From assembly GCA_964016885.1 (NCBI GenBank), contig OZ024741.1:106640001-106704000 (forward strand): 64,000 nucleotides of DNA. Reading direction: 5' to 3'. The stretch's first letter is position 1. The number at the start of each line of letters is the position of its first letter. Source of the DNA: Eledone cirrhosa. Its lineage: Eukaryota. Below, piece by piece: positions 1 through 14,873 of the stretch. The position numbers and the translations under genes are program-made. The notes below the pieces were generated by a model. That model was not told the DNA's origin, ran no database searches, and saw only the letters and a program-made list of their open reading frames with translations.

Positions 1-67
1 ACATACATACACACACACACGAATATATATATATATATACATATTTGGGGGATTTTACTCTTCTCTC

Positions 68-121
<54 letters not shown>

Positions 122-141
122 TATATAAATATATATTAAAA

Positions 142-269
<128 letters not shown>

Positions 270-369
270 GTCATACACACCATACATAGATACATATGCC
301 CATGCACACACAAGCGCGTACATAAACATACATGTATACATACACATATGCACGCACACACACACACAA

Positions 370-476
<107 letters not shown>

Positions 477-642
477 GTATATTCATACATATATACATAT
501 ATGCATAAACAAAAGCAACCACTCCACACATATAAGGCATAACATGCATAATTCACTATCTCAATATACACGAACAGTCAGATGGATAGGTAGATAGATA
601 GAGATATATATAGAGAGATGGATGGATAGAGAGATTGACAGA

Positions 643-730
<88 letters not shown>

Positions 731-2459
731 GTGAGAGAGAAAGACACACACTTACACAGACAGAAACAGCCTCCCCCCATCTGCCACGAATACACACACG
801 CATACACCCGATTACACACCCACACACAACCAGTATACAAGCTACACTACACTATCAATATGCTAGGGGGCGAGTTGGTAGAGTCATTTTAGCGTAAAAG
901 TCAAAATAGTTTTTGGTGTTCTGTGGTTCGTCATATTGGAGGCGTTGAAATATGCTACCAGTCCAAGATAGTGGATTGGCGGAATCGTTAGAGCACCGAA
1001 AAAAGATACTGTGTGATATCTGTTCTGGTGCTTTGTGTTCTGAGTTCAAATTCTGCTGTCTATTCACATCCTCACTCCTGAGTTTCGGGGACCATGGTTG
1101 TTATTGATTTTGTAGTTATTGCGGCTATAGTTGTTATTGTTGATATCGTGGTTATAGTTGTTACTGTTACTATGTTATTATGGTTGTTATTATGGTTATT
1201 AAGCTATTCATAAATGCTAATCTAGATGATGATGAATGTCTATGATTCTCAACGTCTGTGACTCACGAATGCTCGCCCAACTATTACTCGGGAGCTGGCT
1301 ACCGAGTCGCAGCTTATTCGCCTTCATCACAAAGATGAAGCCGTTAACCACATGAAAGTTTGTCAACTAAGTGACTAATAAGTCTCATCTACCCCGGTTT
1401 TGAAATCAGAGTGATAGTGATCCTTCTAGACATACTCACAACCAATGCTAACGACCTCTCTTTACCAATTTGTTATTTTTCTACACACTACCTGATGCCT
1501 GCTAACTCTCCTGATTACCTCAAAACTTTCATAATGGTGTTGCCGGTTTAATCTTCGACGACTCGAACATATGACAGACATGGGTGATATAATTAATCCA
1601 TCAACAGATTTAACATCACCACAGTGCTCTTGGCTACCTTTAGCGGAGATAATTTCTGTTGTAAATAACAAGTCTCTCTATATCTAGTTTAGAGATATCA
1701 GATCTCTGAAAACGACCTCTCCCTCCGAGGAAACAGGGAAAAAACCCCTACACATACCACACTACAACACTCACTTCTACACACCACGACTCTCACTGCA
1801 ACATACCATATCACACACTTCTACTCACCAAAACACAAATTTCAACACACCACAACACACCATACTATGACCACTTCAACATACCACAAACACACTTCCA
1901 AACACCCCAACACATCACAACACATTTCAACACACCACAACACACATTTCAACACACCACAACACACATTTCAACATACTACAACACACACTTCCAAACA
2001 CCACAACACACACTTCAACACACATTTCAACACACCACAACTCATCACAACACAGAATTCAACACACCCCAACACACATTTTAATACACACTTCAATACA
2101 CCACAACACATCACAACACACTTCAGCACACCACACCACACACACACACTTCCAAACACCCCAACACACACTTCAACACATTTCAACTCATCAATACACC
2201 ACAACACATCACAACACATACTTCAACACACACTTCTACACACCACGACGCACTAAACATTCTCTCACCAGTAAACAAGCCCAAATGCCATATCACATCA
2301 CATCACATCTCACCATGCACAAATCCAGCCCACACACAAACACATACATTTGTACACTCACACACACCAGGGAATACCACAACATATAACTTTATACCAA
2401 ACAATATCCGATCACATCACTCACACATAAGCATACAAAATCACGATTATGCACATCTT

Positions 2460-2509
<50 letters not shown>

Positions 2510-3035
2510 AAAGTCTCTCGCTCTATTTCTTTCTTTCTTTCTTTCTTTATTTATTTATTTCTCTCTCCCTCTCTCACCCCCTCTCTCTCTGTATATGTAT
2601 ACATATGTCTGTTGTAAATAGGAACACCATAACAAGCCGGTGGCCGACGAAAGATGAAAACTAAACAAATACAACACCAACAATTATATAATAACAAATA
2701 AAAAAGAATAAATATAAAATATAACAAGAACAAGAACAACAAAAACATACAGCAACAAAACAAACGCCAAAGAAACAAAAAAAGCGAGAACAAAAAAGCA
2801 ACACGAAATTTAGAAAAAAATGGTTGCTAAAAGACATAAAACAAAGTACAAAACGATAACAAAGATACAATTGATGTTGTTAAAGGTATCAGCAGAGTAT
2901 TATAAAATCTGCCATTACTAACGGCTGATAGACGATCACATGACCAACAAGGCTAACATTTCTACATTATATACTATATGAAAAATTCATGAAGAGCACA
3001 CATTAAAATTGCATATGTAGACATAAGTATATATG

Positions 3036-3164
<129 letters not shown>

Positions 3165-3614
3165 TAGAGATATATATGAATGTTTATATATGTATATGTC
3201 TATATGCACACACACATATATATATATATATATAAATATACATACATACACACACAATTGCGCGCACACACACACACACACATACACACACACACATATA
3301 TATATATACATACACACACACATATATATGTATATATATAAATATACATACATACATACACATACACACACAATTGCGCGCACACACACATACACACACA
3401 AACACACATAAATATATATAGATACACACACACATATATATGTATATAAACATGTGTGTGAGGATGAGGCTGTCGGATAATATCATCAACAACAACAAGT
3501 GATAGAAAATATTGACGTAAATCCCTAGATGTGTTTTGTGATAACCCTAGGTGGACCTATTTTTTTTACGATGAGAACAGTATTTATTAAGCGATCTAAC
3601 AAGTGAGATCTAAG

Positions 3615-3643
3615 CTACAACAACAACGTCAACAACAACAACT

Positions 3644-3694
<51 letters not shown>

Positions 3695-4445
3695 GCAGCA
3701 GCAACAACAACAACAACAACAACAACACAAATACTTACAATAACACAAATAGTTACAATAACAACAAGAATGATAACTATAATAACTACAATAACAACAA
3801 TAACAACAGCAATAACAACAACAATGCTAACAACAACAACAACAACAACAACAACGGCAGCAACAAAACAACAACAACATGAATAGCTACAATAACAACA
3901 ATGATAGCTATAATAACTATAATAACTACAACATCAATGGCTACAACAACAGTAGCAACAACAATAACAACCACAATAACAATAGCAACAATAACAGGAA
4001 TAACTACAATAGTAACAACAACAACAATAACTACAACAACAGCAACAACAACATTAATAGCTACAACAGCAACAACAATAAAAACCATAATAGCAAGAAT
4101 AACAACAAAGCAACAACAACAATAACAACAACAGCAACAACAGCAATAATAACAACGACAACAACAACAATAACAACGACAGCAACAACAACAATAACAA
4201 CAACGACAGCAACAACAACAACAATAACCATAACGACAGCAACAACAACAATAACAACAACAGCAACAACAGCAACAATAACAACGACAGCAACAAAAAA
4301 CAACAATAACAACAACAGCAACAACAACAATAACAACGACAGCAACAACAACAATAACAACGACAGCAACAACAACAATAACAACGACAACAACAACAAC
4401 ATTAACAACGACAGCAACAGCAGCAACAACAACAACAGCAGCAGC

Positions 4446-4520
<75 letters not shown>

Positions 4521-4633
4521 AATAACAACGACAGCAACAATAACAATAATAACTACAAGAACAACAACAACATCAATAGCAATAGTTACAATAACTACAA
4601 AAACAACAACAATGACAACAATAATAACAACAA
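3615..4633. repeat. (AAC/AAT/AGC)n low-complexity tract; similar tracts at 55110-55660, 57770-58255 and 61285-61850
   Basis: Direct inspection. Confidence 0.9.
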
Positions 4634-4909
4634 CGTATCTCGCAGCTAAAGCATCCATTGCATTTATTTAATACAGAAAAGAAAGCAAAGAGAAAAAAGA
4701 AGAGGAAAGACAACAATGTTTCCTCAGTTCCGCTATATTATCTAGATATCCAGACAAGAATATATAGAATTAATGGTGGAAAGACTGACATATTGGATGG
4801 AAATATGGCGGATTGTAGTATGTATGTATGTATGTATGTATGTATGTATGTATGTATGTATGTATGTATGTATGTATGTATGTATGTATGTATGTATATT
4901 ACTATATAT

Positions 4910-5003
<94 letters not shown>

Positions 5004-5093
5004 TGTATGTATGTATGTATATTACTATATATATGTTTTATATATGTTTTATATATATATATATATATATAAAACATATATATAGTAATATAC

Positions 5094-5127
<34 letters not shown>

Positions 5128-5128
<1 letters not shown>

Positions 5129-5580
5129 GTAATAATAATAAATGTGAAGACTAAAATACAAAGAGGGCTCGATAAGGATAAATATATATCAAATATATAA
5201 AAATCCTAGAGTAAACATTTATTAAAATAACAGATTAAAGTTTAAGCAAAGATTCGCTTTTCACCCTTAACGGGATCTTCTGAAACTAAAAAAAAAAAAT
5301 CAATCCGTGAACGCAGAAGAAATATTTCGAAAAACGTTGCAACCGAGGGAAAACAGAAAGACGATACTTTGGTTCGTTAAGACGTTCCCTGGCAATGTAC
5401 CGAAAAAAGCGAACATAATACGTCGTTATGTGGAGCGGTGAGAACAATACACGCAAAGACAAAAAGACGTTTCTGGTACAAATGGAGTCATTAGACTAAT
5501 ATTCTATTTAGGAAAACGAATGATCCCGTTAAGGGTGAAAGCAGCGATTTTTTGCTTAAAATTTAATCTGTTATTTTAAT
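5128..5580 (-). mobile_element. Non-autonomous HHR-bearing element in (TA)n (family A) with partial terminal inversion; other copies at 10458-10642 and 16601-16765
   Basis: Same AGTAATAATAATAAAT.TGAAGACTAAAAT...AAGGGCTC end at 5128, 10458 and 16601. 5223-5277 is inverted at 5522-5580. Minus-strand HHR-like fold at 5239-5287. Confidence 0.7.
5239..5287 (-). ncRNA. Hammerhead-like fold with variant core (CAGAAGA)
   Basis: Minus strand: AGTTT CAGAAGA T-CCC GTTAA GGG-T GAAA...TTGCTT AAACT. Stem I AGTTT/AAACT, stem II CCC/GGG. The plus copy at 16644-16696 shows stem III AGCAA/TTGCT. Confidence 0.5.
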
Positions 5581-5589
5581 ATATATATT

Positions 5590-5790
5590 AAGTGTATCCG
5601 TAGGAAAGGTAAAGGAAACGAGAGTGCTCTATGTAGGCTACAGAGCTATTTAGTTATGTAATAAATAACATGAGACAATTATTCCATTTACCAAAGGTTT
5701 CACGAAGACAGACGAGACGCCTGTATCGAGCTCGTCTGTCTTCGTGAAACCTTTGGTAAATGGAATAATGTTCTTATGTTGTTTATTACA

Positions 5791-5796
<6 letters not shown>
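5590..5796. mobile_element. Fold-back palindrome containing the 3' half of an HHR
   Basis: Arms 5651-5716 and 5731-5796 with a 14-nt spacer. Right arm reads GAA-ACC-TTT-GGT-A (stem III plus GUA). Flank 5590-5650 resembles the reverse complement of 62722-62780. Confidence 0.6.
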
Positions 5797-5840
<44 letters not shown>

Positions 5841-6028
5841 AAGAGTGAAGATACCTTGTTATCCCCCCCCCCCCCCACATATATATATAAATAAATGAAT
5901 AGAATATGTATGTATGTGTGCGTGTGTGTTTTCGTGCGTGTGCGTGTTTGTATGTGTGTGCTTATGTATGCTCGCGTGTGTGGCTGTGAGTTGTAAACCT
6001 AGGTATGCCTAATATTTTTAACCCAGCC

Positions 6029-6144
6029 CTAATCCGGACAGGCTTTCGGGTCGCAGTATACCCATGAGTGATATAGATAATGGTGGCAGTCTTTTGATCT
6101 ATTAGAAATAATAGCCAAATCAATTTCAAATCTTTCACTGCCAT
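6029..6144 (-). CDS. Candidate terminal coding exon of an unknown host gene (..GSERFEIDLAIISNRSKDCHHYLYHSWVYCDPKACPD*)
   Basis: Strong polypyrimidine acceptor TTTCTCTTCCTCTTTTTTTAG, then a phase-1 open frame of non-repetitive Cys/aromatic-rich peptide ending in TAG. No homologue recognised. Confidence 0.3.
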
Positions 6145-6339
6145 CTAAAAAAAGAGGAAGAGAAATTGAACAATGTAGTCCTAGATAATCTTTGGCTGAT
6201 TAAATGACAGACTGGTTACAACGAAGACATATGCGAGCGCTAATTCAGTGGGTTGGAGAGTCCATCACAATCATTATCATCATCAGCAACAGCAGCAGCA
6301 TCGGCATCAGGTTTATCGCCACCTTTTTTAAACAACAAA

Positions 6340-6710
6340 CAAACCCTTAACACTAGAAAGCTCCTCACCCACCCGTCTAACACAAGAAAATACCACATTC
6401 ACCTATTTAACGTTATAGTATACCATATCAAATCGTTTAACACGACAAAATACCATATCAACCATCCCGTCATATCATAACCCTCCCGTTTAACACGATA
6501 AAACGTATATGCACCCATTTAAGATGATAGAATATCATACCCAGCCATGTAATATCATAAAATATCATATCTACCCATTTAACATAGTAAAAGAACACAT
6601 CCACTTGATAAAATACCACACCAACCTGTTTAACGTGATAAAATACCATATTCACCCGTTTAACAGTTGAAAACATCATATCCAACCATTTAACACCATG
6701 AAGTACCACA
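6340..6710. repeat. Degenerate ~27-30-bp minisatellite (CACCCRTTTAACACGATAAAATACCATA-like)
   Basis: Recurring TTTAAC...AAATACCA/TATCATA motif. Confidence 0.6.
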
Positions 6711-6754
6711 CTCTCCTATGAAATATCTGAAAATACATTAAAAAAAAACTCCGG

Positions 6755-6870
6755 ATGGGGTGCATGGTCGTGGCGAGGGCCAGTGGAGAGCATTGGTGCA
6801 ACTGCCCATGATCCCCGATCCTAAGTAATGAGGTTGGGAAAATGACCTGACCTCGCCTGACCTGACCTGT
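6755..6870 (+). mobile_element. Probable RTE-clade LINE 3' terminal fragment
   Basis: Frame GRGEGQWRALVQLPMIPDPK* resembles the RTE C-terminal DRxxWRxxV motif, followed by an (ACCTG)n tail. Confidence 0.35.
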
Positions 6871-7374
6871 CTTCATTTCATAAAGTAATAAACACATTAG
6901 GAGACATGGTACTTCATGAAACAAATAGTTTTTTGTTGTCCAAACCTACCATATATATCTATCCCATTAACATTCTTTAACGTATATATGTCATTATGTT
7001 TTATTTTTCACATGATCCGTCCCCAAACATTACTGATTCACATAAACTCTATATTTTATTGATAAATTAAATGATTTATTTAATGAAGTTGTTTATTGTT
7101 CTAGCCTCCTTTGTATAGCTTGCTTTTAATTTTTGATTTATTTTCACGTTAGATTAAGATCTAGGTATGTCAGTGAATCATTTCGTTTTAAAATTATTGT
7201 ACTACACACATTCACGCACTCACAAACATACAAACACATGTAAACATATATATACAAACATACACACACATACATTCACACCCACACACAAACCTACGAA
7301 CAAATTAGAGGCCATATCACACACAAATGCACAATCACCCATCTCTCTCTCACACACACAGATTATACAGATTA

Positions 7375-7448
<74 letters not shown>

Positions 7449-7692
7449 TACATTCAGCGAGAATCGCATTTCGGCGAGTAGAAAAGGCGAAACGTAACGC
7501 AAATTCCGAGTCATGCTGGCTAGCGCTCCATGGGCTATATATATTTATACATAGTATATACATGAGACTGACTGGCCTATCTGCTAATATGCAAATCAGG
7601 CCAATTAGTCACTACATATTAGAAAATATCATATATTTTCACTAGCTCAGTTGGCAGGAAAACAGTATACTTTACTGATAGGTAAACAGTAT

Positions 7693-7739
7693 ACTTTACT
7701 GATGAAGGGTAATCACCCAGAAATATTAGTGTCTGCAGT
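7693..7739 (+). ncRNA. Type I hammerhead ribozyme (slightly decayed) in a ~460-bp element between (TA)n tracts (7446-7906)
   Basis: ACTTTA CTGATGA A-GGGT AATC ACCC-A GAA ATA TTAG TGT C TGCAGT. Confidence 0.7.
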
Positions 7740-7904
7740 TCTGTTTGCATGCCAACACAAGAGCAAGAATGACGTGTCATTCGACTGACATAGCTTTAAA
7801 GAGGCTGTTTGCATAATTGCAAACGAATCGAATATTATTATTAATATTCGCAAAACTCAGATTACATTTATTGTATTCAGCCATGTAGAGCTATTAACTG
7901 TTTG

Positions 7905-7970
<66 letters not shown>

Positions 7971-8043
7971 ATGTTTAACCCCGACGGCGGGTTAAACATT
8001 TTCCTATTATCCACTCTACTACCCTAAGTATTGACAAAGGAAC

Positions 8044-8082
8044 GATGAACTAGTTTCTAGTTTATTAGCTGTCATCAGCATC
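8044..8082 (-). ncRNA. Minimal type I hammerhead ribozyme
   Basis: Minus strand: GATG CTGATGA CAGCTAATAAACTA GAAAC TA GTT CATC. Stem I GATG/CATC, palindromic stem III AACTAGTT. Confidence 0.75.
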
Positions 8083-8360
8083 GCATACCTTCCTGTCAGT
8101 CGATTGAACGTTTGAAAGTATATACTTTCCTTATGCATATTAACGGCTGAGCAGCCTTCCAGTGTTGAACAAAATGGCAACGATGGTTGCCGAACACGGT
8201 ACGGCTTAATTCGAGCATTTTGTTTACAAACAAACCGAACATGTATGTATGTATATACATACTACTGTACGTCTGTATACATATATGTATGTATGTATGT
8301 ATACATACTTATATTTAAGTATCAGCCGTACTAAGAGTGAGAAATGAAATTTCATTTTTT

Positions 8361-9233
<873 letters not shown>

Positions 9234-9364
9234 TAAAATTGTAGAAATCTCAAATGCAGAAATAGCTGTAAAACAGCCATAAAAGGTTTTGGGATTCCTA
9301 CAATTTTACGAAATATTTACACACTCAATGCTCCAAATCATTTTATTATTATGTTTTATATATA

Positions 9365-10103
9365 CTAGCTGACGTATCCACCTTCGCCCGGGTAAACAGA
9401 TAATAAGAGAAGACAGGTAAAATAAAAAATGACTGAATTGGATGTTTGTCTGGTTAACAGTATGAGGCGAGACCATGGTGTGTGTGATAGAAAAAAAAAA
9501 AACAGTAAAAAAATCTTCTAGATACACCAGATCCTTCGATTTACCGTTCATGCATAGTATATGAAGATTTCAAGGTGTTCCTACTCGTGAACAACCTACA
9601 TATAACTGTCCATGTGTAAAAAGCGATTCTCTTGTGTGGTTAGAAAAAGCTACTTCACTTACCGCTTTCGCTGGCACCGCTAATCCAATGGCTGGTTTCT
9701 CCTCTCCCACGTGCGTACAATCCAACTCGTTAACCGGGAGCTGCAAAACTGACGTCCACCACGTTCGCTGACCACCCTAGAGAGAGGCAGACCTGCTGGC
9801 CCTTCCGGTCGAGCACCCTTCCGGCCAAGCACCCTTCCGGTCAAGCACTCTTCCGGTCGAGCACTCCCCAGCCTCCGGCCAACGCACACCACACCATACC
9901 CACATCTTGTATTCAATTCGACAACTTTGAAACTCTGAGCCTGAGATTTCTTTATGGTCATAGAAAAACTAACTCTAACAGGGAACTGAAATCTCGAGAA
10001 TTTGCATGGCAGCTCGGTAGAGGAAGGGATAAGAGGAATCTTGGGAATAAATGCATTTCTCCTTGATGATTGCCTCCAAGAATAGTGACCTCTAGGAGAT
10101 GAT

Positions 10104-10105
<2 letters not shown>
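9365..10105 (-). mobile_element. Helitron 3' fragment (Pif1-type RepHel helicase C-terminus, pseudogenised)
   Basis: Minus-strand peptide FIPKIPLIPSSTELPCKFSRFQFPVRVSFSMTIKKSQAQSFKVVELNTR continues after the insert as ESLFTHGQLYVGCSRVGTP (helicase motifs V/VI). Ends with a GC-rich hairpin remnant and CTAG|T at ~9365. Confidence 0.88.
9635..9904. mobile_element. 270-bp solo-LTR-like insertion inside the Helitron
   Basis: TGTGG...CCACA termini and a 5-bp TSD TCTTG (9630-9634, 9905-9909). Removing it restores the helicase frame. Contains four copies of a 16-bp repeat CCCTTCCGGTCRAGCA. Confidence 0.8.
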
Positions 10106-10180
<75 letters not shown>

Positions 10181-10304
10181 GAAGTTATATTTAATTTGTT
10201 GGGATACAACAAGCAAATATTTTTATAACTGATATAAAGTACATTTTTGGAGTAAAAATACAATATATTAACAAATGGAAACTATATTTATAAAATCATA
10301 TTTA

Positions 10305-10365
10305 TTTCATTATACATATTTCAAAGACACCAAAGCAAATTATGGTGCGCTTTCATCAGATAAAA
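10305..10365 (-). ncRNA. Type I hammerhead ribozyme in a (TA)n-embedded element (10180-10443)
   Basis: Minus strand: TTTTAT CTGATGA AAGCGCACCA..TGGTGTCTTT GAA ATA TG TAT A ATGAAA. Partial copy at 16844-16912, relative at 54660. Confidence 0.75.
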
Positions 10366-10704
10366 TATAATATAGATCAGTTTTATAAACAAATATTGAC
10401 ATACCCTTAAAGAATGCGACCATGTCGGTTGGAAGCTCCCGGATATATATATATATAGTAATAATAATAAATTTGAAGACTAAAATCCAAAGAGGGCTCA
10501 ATAAGGATAAATATATATCAAATATATAAGAACCGTAGAGAAAATATTTATTAAAATAACAGATTAAAGTTTAAGCAAAGAATCGCTGCTTTCACCCCTT
10601 AACGGGATCTTCTGAAGATCCCGTTAAGGGTGAAAGCAGCGATATATATATATGCAAATATAAATATATATATATGCAAATATATATATATATATATTTA
10701 TATT

Positions 10705-10750
<46 letters not shown>

Positions 10751-10760
10751 TATGTACATA

Positions 10761-10834
<74 letters not shown>

Positions 10835-10874
10835 TATATATATATATATATATATATATTCATATATATATATG

Positions 10875-10917
<43 letters not shown>

Positions 10918-10939
10918 GTATTTTAGCCTAATTGGGATA

Positions 10940-11110
10940 AATTAATGTTTTGGCTCTCGTCTGTTACTCCACTGGACAGCAATTGGCTTGTGTCAGACGT
11001 TGTGACCCCAGGTAGACCATCAGTACCATTGGTAGGGTTCGAAATTGCCAAAGTTTACATCAACGGCCGATGACGCTGGCGTTTTGTGTCCTTCATTTGT
11101 ATTTTTATTT
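10940..11110 (+). mobile_element. (TA)n-embedded element homologous to minus-strand 13665-13840
   Basis: Shared TCTCGTCT..TGTGACCCC.GGTAGACCA.CAGTACCAT.G.TAGGG..GCC(G)AAAGT.TA..TGTGTC core. Confidence 0.6.
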
Positions 11111-11276
11111 TCAAAAACATTTTTTTATGGTTTTCTCTTAAAAAATTATTTTTCATTTGGTCTTGCTTCCATTCGTTGTCTTGTCCGCTCTCTGTTAATT
11201 TTCTTAAGTTTACACCCCCCCCCCACACATACATATATATATGCCTGTGTGTGTGTGTGTGTCCGTCCGTGTGTGT

Positions 11277-11425
11277 GAATCCCGTGTTCAATTGTGGGTA
11301 ACCACAGTAAGTAAGGTGCTCAATACATAGTAGAGTATAAATATTTAACATAGAAATGGCTTCTACAGGACTAGAACTGTTTCATTCCAATGAAACAGTT
11401 CTAGTCCTGCAGAAGAAATTTCTAT
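11277..11425 (+). mobile_element. Fold-back derivative of the HHR element at 42778-42905
   Basis: 11279-11345 matches 42781-42847. Palindrome arms 11350-11386 and 11389-11425 replace the CTGATGA half of the HHR. Confidence 0.75.
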
Positions 11426-11434
11426 ATATTATAT

Positions 11435-11552
11435 GATCTGAGTTTAAATCCCGCCCAGGTTAACTTTGCCTTTCAACCTTACGGGGTCGATTAAATAAAG
11501 TACCAGTAATGTACTGGTTAATTGCTGGCCTTGTGCCAAAAGTAGAAACAAT
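11435..11552 (+). mobile_element. 5'-truncated SINE copy
   Basis: CTGAGTTTAAATCCCGC..TTTGCCTTTCA..GGGGTCGAT..AAGTACCAG..GCCTTGTGCCAAAAGTAGAAACAATT. Confidence 0.8.
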
Positions 11553-11599
11553 TATATATATATATATATGCGTGTGAGTGTATATGTATGTGTATGTGC

Positions 11600-11659
<60 letters not shown>

Positions 11660-12945
11660 ACGTATGTGTGTTTGCGTCTGTGTGCCTGTCCCTCCGCCAA
11701 CAATCAATAAAAATAACTATAATATATATATATATATATAAGTAAATAATATTGCGTATCAAATATATTAAAAAAGCTATCGAACATTTCCTTCAAGGTT
11801 TTATAGAAGACTTTATACATCACCTCTTTCTCTTTCTCTTACTCTAACTCACGTCTATTCCCCCCTCTCTATCTCTTTCTATTTCTCTAACTCTCTCATA
11901 CTCCGTTCCTCTCTCTGGAGCTGACTTTCTACCTCTCTCTTGTTCTTTCCAGCTTCCTATCTTTTACCCTTCCTCTTTTCGAATCCACCTCCACTTCCGC
12001 CTTTGTTTTTACACATTCCTCCTCCCCCTTCACTTCTTCATCCCCTCCCCTTTTCATCCTCCACCTTCACATCCTCTCCTTACACCTCTTCCTTCTCATT
12101 CACTGCAACTCCCACCACTTAAATATTCCTTTTTTCTTTTCTATCTTACTTCTTTACAGTCCAACCTGCTTTTACTATGCTACTACGTCTTTCTCTCTCT
12201 CTCTTATCCTCCCCCTCCCCCTACCTCGCCCCCCTCTCTCCCTCTTACCCCCCTCTCTCTATATATATACACGTATATGTATATATCACTCTATCTCTCA
12301 CTCTGTAGTCTGTTGGCTTTTCCCTCCCTAATATTCTACTCATGCCACCACCACCACCACTGTTAACACCACCACCACCACCACCACCACCACCACCACC
12401 ACCACCGCCACCAACACCACGACTAACACCACCACCATCCCTACTAACACCACCACCACCACCACCACCACCATCACCACCAAGACCACCACCACCATTA
12501 ACACTACCACCACCATCACCACCAAAGCAACCACCACCATCATTACCACCACCACCAACACCACCACCATTAACGCCGCCGCCACCACCACCACCACCAC
12601 CACCATCACCACCACCACCACCACCACTTTTCTTACGTTACCAACCATCTCTCAGTTCTCACCCACCAGACTTTTTCACAGAGTCCAAACTTACTCTCCC
12701 GTTTTATGTTTTCTCTCACTCCCAGTCTTTCCCCCTCATTCACTCTTATCCTTATCTTCCTTTCTCATTCGCTCTCTCTCACTCACTCCCTCGTTCACGC
12801 ACCTCCCCCTCTCTCTCTTTCTTTCTTTCCCAGCCTAGTTCTCTTCAGGTACTTCCACTCCAATCCTTAGCAATGTCACTCGGTGGTGATTCGACTGGAA
12901 AATTCGAAGTGAGTTCTCATTAAAATTACATGATGCTCAACCAAG

Positions 12946-13013
<68 letters not shown>

Positions 13014-13258
13014 TTCTCTCTCTCTCATTTACTCTCTCCCTCTCTCTTATTTTCTCCCTCTCTCTCACTTTCTCCCTCTCTCTTACTTTCTCTCCCCTCT
13101 ATCTCACTCTTCTTCGCTCTCACACGCATACACACATACACACACACACATATATATATATAAATATATACATATATGTATGTATATATGTAAGCATATG
13201 TATATATGAAATATGTATATATATATATATACATACATATATACATACATATATTATG

Positions 13259-13292
<34 letters not shown>

Positions 13293-13383
13293 TATACATA
13301 TATGTATGTATATATGTAAGCATATGTATATATATATAATATGTATATATATATATATATATACATATATTAAGTATATATAA

Positions 13384-13429
<46 letters not shown>

Positions 13430-13603
13430 TTATATACATACACATATATATTTACATACACATATATATTTATATATACATACATATATATATATATACA
13501 TATATATATGCATGCATGTATATGGACGTACAAACAATATATATGATAAATTCGTAGGAATCACACTACCAAAGCATCAACCCCAGCAAAATATATATAT
13601 AAT

Positions 13604-13667
<64 letters not shown>

Positions 13668-13889
13668 CAAAGATGCAAAGAAAAGACACAGAACTCCAAG
13701 GTCTTCAGCCATCGAGATAGACTTTCGGCTGTTTTGTCCCCTAACGATGGTACTGCTGGTCTACCCGGGGTCACAGCGTGTGTTACCACCCAAACCGTTT
13801 TTCGCCAAGTACTAGACGAGACAAAAAAATAACTCATAGCAACTTAGCTATAACATGTACTCTTTGTGTGACGACTGGGAAAAGGTATT

Positions 13890-13928
13890 GTGCTTTTTAT
13901 AGCACGAAAGTCTCGTGTGACTTGAAGC
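13890..13928 (+). ncRNA. 3' half of a hammerhead (stems II and III; CTGANGA core absent)
   Basis: GTGCT TTTTAT AGCAC GAA AGTC TCGTGT GACT T. Confidence 0.4.
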
Positions 13929-14130
13929 AAAAAAAAAAGAAAAGATTCTAGCTTATCTTAACCTCAGTAGAAGTGGGGACATATGTAGTGTTGATAAACG
14001 CAACAGAACGAGAAACAACGCGTTGTCGATTACTTTTGCTGAGATTAGTTGCGTGATGTTTATCACAACCTTAAATGTTTTTCATAAGCATACCGTATAT
14101 TATTCAATATATAATACGTATATAAACACT

Positions 14131-14298
<168 letters not shown>

Positions 14299-14396
14299 TA
14301 TCACGAACAAATAAGACGAACACAGAGATGCCAAAACACAAAGACTTATTAGGTTCACGCGTGGGAAAGTAAAAAGAAAAAGGATGTAAATCAAAA

Positions 14397-14432
14397 TCTC
14401 AACGTATCGGACATAAGTCCTTCATCAGGAAA
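14397..14432 (-). ncRNA. Minimal type I hammerhead with one core substitution (GATAC for GAAAC)
   Basis: Minus strand: TTTC CTGATGA A-GGAC TTAT GTCC GATAC GTT GAGA. Confidence 0.7.
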
Positions 14433-14784
14433 CAGCAAAGTTCGTGGAGAGGGAAGGTTGGAAGGCTGGAAAAAATATTCAGGATGGGCGAGGAGGGCAG
14501 CCGAGTAGTCCAGCGAACAAGGGTGGGGCAGAGTTGTCGTGTCCAGGTGTATCATTGGTACTGTTACGTGAGTGCAGATGGAATGCATTTTGGCGTGTGT
14601 GCATATCTCTCCTTTGCGTGTGGGTGATTTATGTATCATTGAGGGAAGTGTGCGTGTGTATATAAAAATTCACAGACACACACATCCTCACCCTTCCTAA
14701 ATATTTTTTCCAGCCTTCTCTCTCCACGAACACATAAGTACACCACCACATCCCTACACACCCACGATCGGTGAACACACACAC

Positions 14785-14873
<89 letters not shown>

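Noticed and set aside
1225-1480. Degenerate RTE-related repeat on the minus strand
   Set aside because: Only a faint motif resemblance and a short (GAT)n, which is insufficient
12859-12918. Plus-strand AG..GTGAGT mini-exon (VLPLQSLAMSLGGDSTGKFE)
   Set aside because: The acceptor derives from CT-rich low complexity, with no partner exons or homology
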